This document shows positions 37,503-48,932 of a stretch of DNA of 64,000 bases, piece after piece. Both the position numbers and the translations under genes were made by a program. The DNA is from Podarcis bocagei (lineage: Eukaryota). The notes under the pieces are model-generated. The model was not told where the DNA came from. It saw only the letters and a program-made list of their open reading frames with translations, and made no database searches. The first letter of the stretch is position 1. Each line of letters starts with the position of its first letter. The stretch lies in NCBI GenBank assembly GCA_964188305.1, contig OZ076887.1, one strand, 5' to 3'.

Positions 37503-37623
37503 CTTGCATCATGTTCCGTATAAACAAGCTCAGAATGTTTTTTATTAAAATCACATAAATACACATGATGACACTGTAGGTTCTTCTGGGTGGTATAGAA
37601 GAGAATCTCGCGTGTAGCCCATT
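37503..37623 (-). CDS. PREPL: PREPL coding exon
   Basis: 121 bp; WATREILFYTTQKNLQCHHVYLCDF...LVYTEHDA; phases fit the flanking exons. Confidence 0.9.
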
Positions 37624-38524
37624 CTGGGGGATGGAGGGAGGGGGGGAGAGAAGGAAAGTCAAATTAGTGTTTTTGCAATTATGGAAGGAACCAGGATTTT
37701 AGTTTTGGAATTTGAGAAATCCATTGTGTTTATTTATGCTAAGTTGAAAATGTGAAAATAAAAAACCTTCCAAGCACGCACAGTAGTCTGTGTGTGACCC
37801 TTTGGATCTCAGTCACTGACCAGAAGCTTGAATTTAATGTGAAGAACGACAGATAACCAGTGCAGGCTTGAACCTTTCCTTCTCTTACACAATAAGCATG
37901 TAACAGTTTTTCATTGTTGAGTTAGATTTAGTCATCTTTCTTCAATTTAATTTTCCTGCTCCTTTTCCCCCTGCACCTGATGCAAAATATTTTATTGTGG
38001 TGAATATTAAAGTTTCCTCACAGCTAGCATAAACACGACAGCTTTGAGGATGCAGCTGTGAGCAAAAGCAGTTGGTGCAGTGCTGCAACTCCTCCCTCCT
38101 GACAGCAACGTCACTGCCACTTATTGGAATGGTCTGAAGGTGGGATAGAGCAGCAGTGAAATTGGCTCTGCGATACACCCACACAGCCCTAATCTGGCCC
38201 TCCTGCCAGTGCATCCATGCAGCTCCCACCTCACTGCCACCCTGTCCTGTCAAGCCAACTTACTCCTGTTTGCAAGTACCTATTGAGCAGTGCCTGTGAC
38301 ATCACTCATTATAAGTGACACAAATTTCTTTCCCAGCAGCACAAATGCCACCATTAACTTTTATTTTATTTGGAGGCTGAAACAGGGATCTATTTAGACA
38401 AATTACAAATGCATGGGCAACATCTGATAAACCTGAATGTTGTGAAGATTCAATAATAGAAGCCTGGTCTTCCATCTGAGATATATCACATTACAAAAGA
38501 AAAAGGTTTATGCTAACAGCTTAC

Positions 38525-38728
38525 CAAAGCTAAAGACATTTGGGATGATACATTCCACCTTTGGTAATGTGTCTAATTTCACAACAATACACGCAGACTC
38601 TTCAGAATGTGCACTTTTAATTGCAGCAGCCATATATCTGTGATCTGGGCAAATTCGGATGCGCTGGATAAGGGAATTATGAAATGGTAGTGCTTCTGTA
38701 CTAAGCAATATTTCATTGTTTCCTTCAT
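38525..38728 (-). CDS. PREPL: PREPL coding exon
   Basis: 204 bp; EGNNEILLSTE...IQRIRICPDHRYMAAAIKSAHSEESACIVVKL...IPNVFSF. Confidence 0.92.
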
Positions 38729-39897
38729 CTACAATGTAAGAAAGAAAAAGCAATACTGTAAACCTAGTACAAAGAACAGCTATTGTTTCTGTGTACTTTT
38801 TGTGATTTTTATAAATGCAGTGTTTTCCTATTAAGTAGCAATGTATACATGCACGTTGATCCAGCTCAAGATAGTCATGGAACAAATTAGGTATGACAAA
38901 TCTATGTCCCAGTTCTTCAAACGTAATTAGAATGCAGCTCTAAATCCCACTTACCTGAGTGCCACTGAATTAAAAGAGATTTACTTCAGAGCAGACATGT
39001 ATAGGATTACATGGACTGTCACAGCTGAATGAATAAGACTGTGCTACTTCTTTTTTTTTTTTTTTTTTTTTTGCTTGATAATGCTGTCTTAACTAATTCT
39101 AATGGCAATATTTGTACTGTCCAGGTGATAAAGATTCCATAACTAGCAAGAAGCCCGCCCACCCCAAAAGCTTTCCACTCTGGATGATCTTCTGCAGCGG
39201 AAATTCCTTTGGAATGGGGTGGGCTGGCTTTTTAAGCACAGAGGACTCTCTGGAATGGTGTGGGATGCAATCTGAATGGTTGCAGTCAGACTGGGGAAAA
39301 TTGTTAGAAATAGGCGATCCCTCTTACATAAGGAGAAATACCTTCCAGTTGTAGGAGGGGCTCTCTGGATTCCACCCAATAATTTTGACCAAAGAAAAGC
39401 TTGACAAAATGTAAAGCTTTATTACTTTACATCTGGCCTTATCGTCATATTTTTGCCCCTAAAATTAGGTTGTTTCAAATGTACTGTGTCACAGATTATG
39501 AAGCAAAGCCCAACATATGGCTCTTAGATAAGAACAACTGCCAGCCTACTGATTTCATGTAGATATTGAAGAGCGCAGAAGACAGAATACTCTGGGCACT
39601 TCATATGCCAATGGTCATGCGGTAGAACAGAAGTCTCCTAGCACCTACTGGGTCCATCCTATCAGGAAGGACTGAAGCCAACACAAAACTGTATCAGGGA
39701 GCTAATTTGACTACACAGTTGAATCAAGGCTATTTGGGAACAATTATATTGATAGCTTGGAGTCATTTCTCTATCGCAGGCTGTGGTTAGAGCCTTGGCA
39801 AAGCAGTGGGAAATTCCCTCAGAAAATCTTCTGGATCCACCAGCCACCAAGGGTGGAGAGCCAGTGGTAGTTAGGGAGACCATGCACTCGCAAACTA

Positions 39898-40556
39898 GTA
39901 AAGGTAAAGGTACCCCTGCCCGTACGGGCCAGTCTTGACAGACTCTAGGGTTGTGCGCCCATATCACTCAAGAGGCCGAGGGCCAGCGCTGTCCGGAGAC
40001 ACTTCCGGGTCACGTGGCCAGCGTGACAAAGCTGCATCTGGCGAGCCAGCGCAGCACACGGAAACGCCGTTTACCTTCCCGCCAGTAAGCGGTCCCTATT
40101 TACAGTGGTGCCTCGCAAGACGAAAATAATCCGTTCCGCGAGTCTCTTCGTCTAGCAGTTTTTTCGTCTTGCGAAGCAACCCTATTAGCGGCTTAGCGCT
40201 ATTAGCGGTTTAGCGGCTATTAAAGGCTTAGCGGCTAAAAGGCTATTAGCGGCTTAGCGGCTTAGAAAAAGGGGGGGAGCGAAAAAAATCGCAAGACTCG
40301 CAAGACGTTTTCGTCTTGCGAAGCAAGCCCATAGGGAAATTCGTCTTGCGAAGCGCATCGAAAAACGGAAAACCCTTTCGTCTAGCGGGTTTTTCGTCTT
40401 GCGAGGCATCTGTCTTGCGGGGCACCACTGTATCTACTTGCACCCGGGGGTGCTTTTGAACTGACCGAGCAACGGGAGCGCACCCTGCCGCGGGGATTCG
40501 AACCGCCGACCTTTCGATTGGCAAGCCCTAGGCGCTGAGGCTTTTACCCACAGCAC
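39898..40556 (-). mobile_element. Sauria SINE interrupted by a MITE
   Basis: Antisense (ACCTTT)n tail and B-box GGTTCGAATCC; 13-bp TSD CACTCGCAAACTA at 39885-39897 and 40557-40569. Confidence 0.88.
40103..40430. mobile_element. Tc1/mariner MITE, family C, nested in the SINE
   Basis: TIR CAGTGGTGCC; duplicates the TA within the SINE's TATTTATCTACTTG motif; internal TTAGCGGC microrepeats. Confidence 0.88.
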
Positions 40557-40700
40557 CACTCGCAAACTACTTCAGACCAGAAAGTCATAGAATGGATGCT
40601 GAAATTCCCCAGGTCCAATAGCCTTAAGAGACTTCATCACCACCACCACCTCTGGTAGGGACACAAAACATGTCCCCTTGCTAAATCACCTTTTGTTGTA

Positions 40701-41516
40701 CAGTGGTACCCCACAAGACGAACGCCTCGCAAGACGGAAAACCCGCTAGACGAAAGGGTTTTCCGTTTTAGAGGCGCTTCGCAAAACGAATTTCCCTATG
40801 GGCTTGCTTCGCAAGACGACAGCCCATAGGGAAATCTCCGGGACAGCGGGGAAGCGCGACCTCCTCCCGCCGCCCGGCATCGGAACGAAGCTCCGATGCC
40901 GGGCGGGGGGAACGCCTCCTCCCGCCGCCCGGCATCGCAACGAAGCTCCGATGCCGGGCGGGGGGGGGGAACGCCTCCTCCCGCCGCCCGGCATCGCAAC
41001 GAAGCTCCGATGCCGGGCGGGGGGGGGGAACGCCTCCTCCCGCCGCCCGGCATCGCAACGAAGCTCCGATGCCGGGCGGGGGGGGACGCCTCCTCCCGCC
41101 GCTCGGCATCGCAACGAAGCTCCGATGCCGGGCGGGGACACCTTCTCCCGCCGCCCAGCTTCGGATGGCTTTCCTGAAGACTTGGGGTGGGAGGAGGGTT
41201 TTCCTTCCCACCGCCAACATTCAGAATGCTGTTCTGAATGTTGGCGGTGGGGAGGAAAAACCCTCCTCCCACGCAAGCCCCGGGAACAGAGGGAAAGCGC
41301 TGCGCGCCTTCCCCTCTGTTCCCGTACCTGTCCTGAAGGCTTGCGGTGCGGAGAAAAGCCCTTCTCCGCACCGCCAGCCTGGCAAGCGGTTTCCCTAGGA
41401 ATGCATTAATTGATTTTCAATGCATTCCTATGGGAAACCGTGCTTCGCAAGACGAAAAACTCGCAAGAAGAAAAAACTTGCGGAACGAATTAATTTCGTC
41501 TTGCGAGGCACCACTG
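40701..41516. mobile_element. Tc1/mariner MITE, family C, with internal minisatellite
   Basis: TIR CAGTGGT(A/G)CC, TA flanks; termini homologous to 40103-40430 in the opposite orientation. Confidence 0.88.
40857..41140. repeat. GC-rich minisatellite, ~57-60 bp x 5
   Basis: Unit CGCCTCCTCCCGCCGCCCGGCATCGCAACGAAGCTCCGATGCCGGGCG(G)nAA, with variable G-run length. Confidence 0.92.
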
Positions 41517-41621
41517 TAATGTGGTTTGACTGCCGTTTTTTGTTGTTGCTAAAACTGTGCATGGAAACACTGAAAACAGTAAAAAGAAACCACCCTGGGC
41601 AACAACAAGAGGGACTCATAC

Positions 41622-41691
41622 CTACTTCTCCCAGCTTCGAACGAAATATGCAGCCATTTTCTTCAAAGTAAACATACTCTCCAAACCTAAG
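41622..41691 (-). CDS. PREPL: PREPL small coding exon
   Basis: 70 bp; aacag|LRFGEYVYFEENGCIFRSKLGEV|gtatg; phase 0 to 1. Confidence 0.85.
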
Positions 41692-41993
41692 CTGTTTAAA
41701 ATCAAGACAGACATGAATCCAAATCTGCAGAATTAGGGCATCATCTCACATTAGGAGTCCAAATATTTTTCTGAAGCTTCTGCATAACAAACTGAATTCT
41801 TTTGAAGTTTATGGAACACAAAAAGAATAAGAAACAATCAGAATCAGCAAATAATATTTATTAATGTAATTATCCTAATTACTAATTACTCACAGAAAAG
41901 ATTGGGATACTGGTGCATCCCCAGATATTTGGCCATGGGCAGGGTCATTCTCTCCTCCAACCCAGGCTGCTGGAAGGTTTTAGTTTTTTTTAA

Positions 41994-41996
<3 letters not shown>

Positions 41997-42027
<31 letters not shown>
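41997..42027 (+). repeat. (TG)n microsatellite
   Basis: Direct reading. Confidence 0.9.
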
Positions 42028-42028
<1 letters not shown>

Positions 42029-42179
42029 TGGTTGTTATTGTTGTTTCTTTTTATTGAGGGAGGGAAGATGTGTCTGGGATGAGAGGAGAGGAGCTGGGGC
42101 AAATCACAGCAGTTCAGGGTATGGGAAAGTATGGTGTGGGAGGTGGAGTAGGTTGGATAAGGGGCACAAAGCACAGGCT

Positions 42180-43100
42180 GTTAGTGACTGAGCCATGTGC
42201 CAGCCCCTCCTTCAGCCTGGAGAATTCTGGTTGTCATATCAGCCAGCCCTTAGGTCTATGGCTGCTGTTGCTGAATGCCAGGTCAGCTCTGAATAAGACC
42301 TCCCTCTCTGTGATCTGATTATGGATGAGGAGGTCAATCTGGTCTGTATCACTGTGACCTGGGTGGGTGAGCAGGATGGAATTGATCTCACCCAGCTGTG
42401 CCCACCCTGAGTACTCAGGGCAGCATCAGGGCAGATTTGATGGTCGGGGAGGGGGAGTTGCTGTGATCCATAGACATTATCTCTCTATATCATGTTGGGG
42501 GTTAGATCTAGTGTATGTGTTCCTGGTACTGAGCAATGGAGACAGATTCTGCTGGTTTAGTGCCCACCTCACTGCCTAGTGATCTTCCTGAGTGCTGGCT
42601 TTGGGGGACTTCAACATCCATGCTGAGGTGACTGGCTCAGGACGTCACGGTTGCCATGACAACTGTGGGCTGTCTCAACATGTCATGGGGCTGTCCGAGC
42701 TGTGCCTCTATCAGGACAAGGATAGCTGAACTTCTGTCATCTATGCACTTGTAATAAGGCAGCGCGTTGTATGTGGGGCTGCCTCTGAAGAAAGTTAATA
42801 AACTTCTGCTGGTGCAGAAGCCAGATTGCTCACTGGAGCTAGACGGTTTGACCCTATATTGCCAATCCTGGTCCAACTGCACTGGTTGCCAGTTAATTTC
42901 CAGGCCCAGTTTAAAATGCTTAAATGGCTTAGGACCACAATACCTCATAGACTGCCTCCACCCATATAAACCGACCCAGACCCTGCAATCATCATATGAG
43001 TCTCTTCTTCGTGTGGCTTCTCCATTAGAGGTCTGGAGGGTGGCAACATGAGAATGGGCCTTTTCTGCAGCGGCTCCCTGCTTGTGGAGTGCTCCCCCCA
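42180..43100 (+). mobile_element. Old L2/CR1-group LINE remnants
   Basis: Endonuclease remnant LGDFNIH at ~42600, plus 3' segments similar to the 56641-56997 element. Confidence 0.55.
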
Positions 43101-43113
43101 TGTATTTTCTTAC

Positions 43114-43242
43114 CACTGGGCTGCTCAGACTGGATGAATACTTGTCATAATGAGCTTCTAATCTTCGATTGATCCTCTTTGTCATAGCCATATATTTTGC
43201 TGAACAAGCTCTCCAGTTCTCCTGCTCTGACTCTAGAATATC
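43114..43242 (-). CDS. PREPL: PREPL coding exon containing the probable short-isoform start Met (ATG at 43191)
   Basis: 129 bp; DILESEQENWRACSAKYMAMTKRINRRLEAHYDKYSSSLSSPV|gtaag. Confidence 0.85.
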
Positions 43243-43809
43243 CTGGTACAAAACAAGCCACAAAAAGCCAAGTTCTATTAAGTAGGAACTGCATTCTTTG
43301 TCATGCATTGTAGAACTATGCTCAACAAACTTGGCCTTGCAGCAATTTGGCCAATACTATTTTGTATACTAAATGACAGGGGGGTTAAGTCAGGAGCACA
43401 CTAAGCATGTTAACCATGTGAACATAATTAATTTTTTTCAATCTTGGGGAACTCAATAAGCCATGAGATCATATGGGCTGGGAGTGGGGGTTATTTCTCT
43501 TTCTGTCACACTCCCCAAAGTATTGCCTCTCCAAAGGTGCTATTTGCACTTCAAGGGAAGTCTTCATTGATGCTATTGATGGTTTCCCTTGCAAGCTGCA
43601 AGTAGTAGCTTTGGAGATGTGAACTTTGTCAGGATCATGGGAGGCAGAGGGAGTATTAACCCCCATTCTCAGCCTTCATGGTCCTTAGGCTGCTTAGGCT
43701 TAAACTGCATTTAGACTATTAATGTCATTTCTAGTTTGGCCTTCAGAACAGAAGGTACCATTGTAAACGTAGACATTGTGCAAACACAAAGATTGTCAGT
43801 GTACCTCAC

Positions 43810-43866
43810 TTTGCACATGGAAGAGGATTTCTGCTCATCAAGAAAAAAGGATGTGAGATCTCTGCT
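43810..43866 (-). CDS. PREPL: Possible small in-frame PREPL exon (tentative)
   Basis: catag|SRDLTSFFLDEQKSSSMCK|gtgag; 57 bp, phase 0-0, 85-nt upstream intron; the acceptor has a weak pyrimidine tract. Confidence 0.35.
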
Positions 43867-43951
43867 CTATGAACTATTTAGGGTCTTCTCTATCCTTCTA
43901 CACAAGGATTCGAGGATCGACTGGGCTGAAATATTTGTTCAAATGGCATAC

Positions 43952-44161
43952 CTTATAGGAAAAGAACCTCCATGATCGAATGGCTCCATGGGAATGAGGA
44001 ACAACACAGGGATTTCTCAGGTACTTCGCAAAGAAAAATGCCTGTAGCTTTGTTTGACTACAAGATCTTAGGACTGCAGATACAGAATATTTAGAGTGGT
44101 TCTTGCAGTGACCAGTACTGCCCTTCAGGAGGCGAAGAAAGTAAATGGAGCCTAAAAACAT
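43952..44161 (-). CDS. PREPL: PREPL first coding exon (long isoform, presequence-like N-terminus)
   Basis: ATG..MFLGSIYFLRLLK...WRFFSYK|gtatg; basic and with no acidic residues; the FFSYK|D junction resembles human long PREPL SFSCK|D. Confidence 0.65.
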
Positions 44162-44899
44162 GATGACAACATATTCATTTTACTTGATTCTTCCTTCTTA
44201 AAAAATATATTTGTGATTCCAAAGTCATGTCAGGCTTGATTAAAGTAGACACCACCTCATGGTATGAACTGATGGTAAGATTTCCCTCCCAGATATGCAG
44301 CAGGTACAGGAATCAGAGTGAAAGCTGGGGAGGGAAAAGAAACAATTGTAAACATTTCTTCACTACTTTCCAAAAACAGTATATATGTTAAAAGGTTGTA
44401 AGAATTCCCACATGATGCTCAATATTGCCAGTATCATCACAGTTAAAAGATGCCTTAAAATTTAACAGTGAATCAATTATATTTTGCAATATAAGATCCT
44501 AACAGCTCATGCCATCTCCCCATAAAGAGCCAGGGGACTCATCTCTGGAATTCAGGCAGCAGCGCCCAGGTGACTTATTCCTTGCAGCACTGAGGCAGCT
44601 CATAGGCTGAATGAATTACTGGTGTGATTTTTCCTGTGCTGCAGAAGCATTCTTATAAAGCATATTTACTTCTCAGCAAGCAACCACAGAGCTGCACCGT
44701 TACTATAGCATATACAACCTAAGGAGCCGTTATTCCCCATATATTTGCTGTTTTAGTAAATAAGGACATTTATTGTCTGTAACGATGCCATGGGGATTTG
44801 AAGCAGAATTTAGCTAAATTTCAGTACAATGACCATTTCTAGTTCGGCAAAATCAGTAGGAATGCAGCATCAGGACCTACCTTTTAACTTTCTGCCTTT

Positions 44900-46400
44900 C
44901 CGTAAGCAGGTATATAATACTTCAGGGGGAAAACGCGAATCTCACAGCGGAAGCCGCTACAGCTCAGAATCTGTTGATCGCTGACAAGCGCAGCAGCATG
45001 GTGAGACGAACTGCGATGGCATCATAACTCCGCGACTCAACGCCTCGGTTGCCCTCACTCGACACGCTGGATACCGTTGCCCATAAGCAAGATGGCAGCC
45101 AAGGCCGCTTTCTAGAGTCACTGGTTTGCCCTTAGACAAAATGGGACCCAGCATCACACCTCCCTTCTATCGCTTTCTCTGCCCGTAGATAAGATGCCGG
45201 AGAAACTGGACCCTCCTGTCTCCATTTTGGTTCCGGGCATTTAAATATCCCCCCCCCCCAAAAAAAAACCCGATTTGAGATCATCATCCCAACTTCTCTC
45301 TCTCTCGTTAAAATTATATTCAACATCAGCCTGATATTTTATCCCGAGCCGAAGCCGAAATAAAATATTTATACTTTTTAAGTTTTCATAGCGATTTTGG
45401 GTTGTTTTCTTTAAAGAGGGAGCTACTGTGCCTTAACATGACGGGCAGAAAAATCAACAGGTGAAGTTCCTCCCCGTCTTCTTATGGCTCCACAGAGTAG
45501 GAGCGATAGGGATATGAGAGGGAAGCTTCGTCGGCTATATTCTTTCTGCTATGGTGGTGGAGAGTCTTCAAACCACGTCTTCCCCACTTTGAAAAGAAAC
45601 GCTCAAAGAGGTCATATAAAACTCCTCCAAGCCTCGAAAGCTTCCCAAGTCCATCTCCCCTCACAGTTGCCGCAGCTTATCAGACCGCGCAACATCCCTT
45701 AGCCCTTATCAAAGATGGCGCCCAACGTCCCTCCTCTCCCTCCGGGCTCCATGGGAGGTTCTCTGTCACAGCTGCTGCTGGAAAAGATTGAGGCGAAAGC
45801 TCTGAGGCGGCTTCCCCCCCCCCCTCATGTGCTCTCCCTCTCTCAGTGAGGCGGCGGGTCGCTCGGGGCTATCCTTTCCCCTCCGCACTTCGCTTCCCAC
45901 CCCGCCTCACTCTTTTTATAGATCTATTATTTTTGGCGCGCTCTCCCTCAAGTTTGAGCCCCGGCGCGAGCCGCTCCCGCCATGAGCGCTTCTCCCCCAG
46001 CTGACAGGTGTCAGGCAGAAGGAGAGGAGGGAGACGCCGGAGGAGCCCGGGAAGGAAGCCGGCAGGCAGCCGCCAAAGCCCGCTGGGTGCTCCTCAGACA
46101 GGTACCTTTCCCTTTCCCAGCCAGGGACGTCGTTATCCTCCTCACCATCCTCATCGTCAGGGGGTCCTGCCTGTCTCTCCGTCTCTCTCTATCACCTTCT
46201 GGGTCGGCGAAGGGTTTCTGCCGTCATCATTTCACTTTTATTTTTCACAGTGCCCCGCGAGGAGAGCCCCATTTCAAGGACGGGGGTGGTGGTGGGGAAA
46301 TGAGATAAGGGCATGACTTCACGCAAAGTTGGAAGGGACCCCGAGGAGGACCATGTAGTCCCGTGGTTCCCAACGTGGGGCACACGCCCCACAGGTGGGG
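44900..46400. promoter_or_regulatory. CpG-rich bidirectional promoter region for PREPL/CAMKMT
   Basis: Local CpG enrichment between divergent genes; YY1-like AAGATGGC at ~45089 and AAGATGGCG at 45712-45720; E2F-like TTTTGGCGCG at 45931-45940; ETS-like CGGAAG at ~44948; a - strand donor AAAG|gtaggt at 44881 suggests a PREPL 5'UTR exon. Confidence 0.75.
45982..46101 (+). CDS. CAMKMT: CAMKMT (calmodulin-lysine N-methyltransferase) exon 1
   Basis: GCCATG Kozak context; MSASPPAD...AAKARWVLLRQ|gtacc, matching the CAMKMT ARWxLLRQ motif; expected synteny. Confidence 0.88.
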
Positions 46401-46589
46401 GGGGGGCAATTTGATTTTCAAGGGGGGCAATTCGAGAATGAGTTATTAACAGTGAATGGTGGCCTTATAAGCTTCCTTCAGGTGACTATGAGTTCACTTT
46501 TTGAATAATAAGAATTATATGGGGGGGAATCAGGATTTTAGAGATGCTTAGGTGGGGCATGGCCAAAAAAAAGAGGTTGGGAACCACTG
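46361..46589. mobile_element. hAT MITE
   Basis: TIR C(C/A)GTGGTTCCCAAC; 8-bp TSD ATGTAGTC/ATTTAGTC. Confidence 0.75.
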
Positions 46590-46672
46590 ATTTAGTCCAA
46601 CCCCCTGCAATGCAGCTGCCCCATACGGGGATCGAACCTGCAATCTTGGCAATTATCAGCACCATTTTCTAC

Positions 46673-46808
46673 CAGGCATGGCCAAACTTGGCCCTCTGGA
46701 TGTTTTGGGACTACAATTCCCATCATCCCTTACCACTGGTCCTGTTAGCTAGGGATGATGGGAGTTGTAGTCCCAAAACATCTGGCGGGCCAAGTTTGGC
46801 CATGCCTG
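46673..46808. mobile_element. Palindromic hAT-type MITE
   Basis: CAGGCATGGCCAAACTTGGCCC...GGGCCAAGTTTGGCCATGCCTG; almost entirely self-complementary. Confidence 0.8.
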
Positions 46809-47099
46809 CAACTTGCCCAAAGTGCCCTCCCTGATCTTGAGGTTGTGAATGGACCAAAGTCCAATATATCCCCCCCCCCCCCGCTGTTTCTGTTAGTAAT
46901 ATAATTTATTTCAATTTTTATCCCGCCCTTTAAGGAGCTCCGGGTGGATGTTTGTGGTTCTAGTCAACATTTCTATCCTTGCAACAACCCTGTGAAGTAG
47001 GTTAGGTTGAAGGGGAGTATTGGACTCAAGGTTGCCCATTCATGGCTGAATGGTGGCTCTTGTCTTGAATCTTCCCAGCCCTGATGCAAACCTCTAACT

Positions 47100-47421
47100 C
47101 AGAGGTCTGCAAACGTTTTCAGCAGGGGGCCGGTCTACTGTCCCTCAGACCTTGTGGGGGGCCGGACTATATTTTGAAGGGGAAAAAAGAATGAATTCCT
47201 ATGCCCCACAAATAACCCAGAGATGCATTTTAAATAAAAGGACACATTCTACTCATGTAAAGACACCAGGCAGGCCCCACAAATAACCGAGAGATGCCTT
47301 TAAAATAAAAGGGCACATTCTACTTATGTAAAAACATGCTGATTCTCGGACTGTCCGCGGGCCGGATTGAGAAGGCAATTGGGCCGGATCTGGCCCCTGG
47401 GCTTTAGTTTGCCTACCCATG
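47100..47421. mobile_element. hAT MITE, family B, with an internal tandem duplication
   Basis: Perfect 8-bp TSD CTCTAACT at 47092-47099 and 47422-47429; homologous to 7686-7936. Confidence 0.85.
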
Positions 47422-48084
47422 CTCTAACTAACCCAGCCCATTCCAACCTGCTTCCCTCCAGATATTTTGGAATACAAATCCCATCAGTCCCAGCCAGCAT
47501 ATGCAAAAAAGCTGTTCTAACTACTAAACCACGTTGGCTGTCCAGAACACCCATTCTCTAACATTTTAGTGTAGTGTATTGCTTTTCTGGTTTACTTACC
47601 CATGTTGCTAGGCAAGAGAGTAGTTAAAAGATCAACCTCCTCCCACTCTTCAGTGAGCTGGAGAGAGTTTAGTGGTTATGAGTGCTGAAATTGCTGTTAC
47701 TGTGTTTAAGTTGCTTTTAATGAGCAGTGTGACAATTTTATTGTTGGATTTTATTCTATATCTCTCTTTCGGCTTTTCTGTGGCCAGCTCTGATATTGCA
47801 GTAACAATGAAAAGTGGGTAACAATATTCTAAGTAAATAAGTGAGAAATGCGGTGTATTTTGTGTGTGCAAATGATCTGTGGCACTGAGCCTTTTGTCAG
47901 TCAAAATACCACCCTTCGAAGCTGATCCCTGTTATAGTTGCAGGGCACAGCTGCTCCCCATGGCTGCCACAAGGTGTGGGAGCCACTCGCAAAGGTGCAT
48001 TGTGTGGAGAACCTTTGTGCCACTGTCAGCATCATGTCTCCTGAAGCGCTGTGTGGTTGCCTCCCCTCAGAAAGCATACTGTAT

Positions 48085-48932
48085 AATTGGGAAACGTTCA
48101 GAAAAGGGCAACTTAAATTATCAAGGAGGGTGGAGCAACTCCCCTATGCAGAAAGTTTGCAGCATTTGGGACTTTCTGGTTTAGAGAAATGGGACGCGGG
48201 TGGCACTGTGGATTAAACCACAGAGCCTAGGACTTGCCGATCAGAAGGTCGGCGGTTCAAATCCCCACGACGGGGGTGAGCTCCCGTTGCTCGGTCCCTG
48301 TGCCGGCCAACCTAGCAGTTCGAAAGTACGTCAAAGTGCAAGTAGATAAATAGGTACCGCTCCGGCGGGAAGCTAAACGCCATTTCCGTGTGCTGCTCTG
48401 GTTCGCCAGAAGCGGCTTAGTCATGCTGACTACATGTCCCGGAAGCTGCTCCTTGGCCAATAATGCGAGATGAACGCTGCAACCCCAGGGTCGGCCACGA
48501 CTGGACCTAATGGTCAGGGGTCCCTTTACCTTTACCTTTAGTTTAGAGAAAAGTCAACTAAGAGGAGGTTAGAGAAATCTTTCTCTCTCTCTCGTACCAC
48601 TAGAACTCGTGGACATCCAATGACGCTGAATGTTGGAAGATTGAGGACAAATAAAAGAAAGTACTTCCTTACCCAACACATAGTTAAACAAGAAGTAGTG
48701 ATGGCCACAAAGGATTAGAGAAATTCATGATTGCTGTGCTCTGTCTCCATGGTCAGAGGCAGCAATGCTTCTGAATACCAGTTGCTGGAAACCACAGGAG
48801 GGGAGAGGGCTCTTGGGCCTGGGTCCTGCTTGCGGATTTCCCACGGGAATTTGGTCAGCCACTGTGAGAACAGGATGCTGGACTAAGATGGCCCATTGGC
48901 CTGATCCACAGCCTCTCCCTGTGTTCTCATAA
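48085..48932 (+). mobile_element. CR1 LINE 3' end (host of the SINE)
   Basis: CR1 ORF2 C-terminal remnants (RTRGHPM.L..GR.RTNKRKYF) and a 3'UTR also found at ~1780-1935 and ~53640-53740. Confidence 0.7.
48191..48540 (+). mobile_element. Full-length Sauria SINE inserted into a CR1 3' fragment
   Basis: GGGACGCGGGTGGC head, B box, (TTTACC)n tail; TSD GTTTAGAGAAA at 48179-48189 and 48541-48551. Confidence 0.9.

Noticed and set aside
40857-41140. Palindromic repeats resembling a CRISPR array
   Set aside because: No unique spacers, only variable G-runs; no cas genes; vertebrate intron inside a MITE.
40746-41409. Several overlapping 150-200 aa ORFs on both strands
   Set aside because: By-products of a GC-rich, stop-poor minisatellite; the translations are repetitive and have no domain.
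42637-43308. 223-aa ORF as an independent gene
   Set aside because: It is one PREPL exon (43114-43242) read through into antisense LINE remnant sequence.
43867-43900. Alternative PREPL acceptor at 43898
   Set aside because: It would make a 54-nt intron and an in-frame stop (KDREDPK*).
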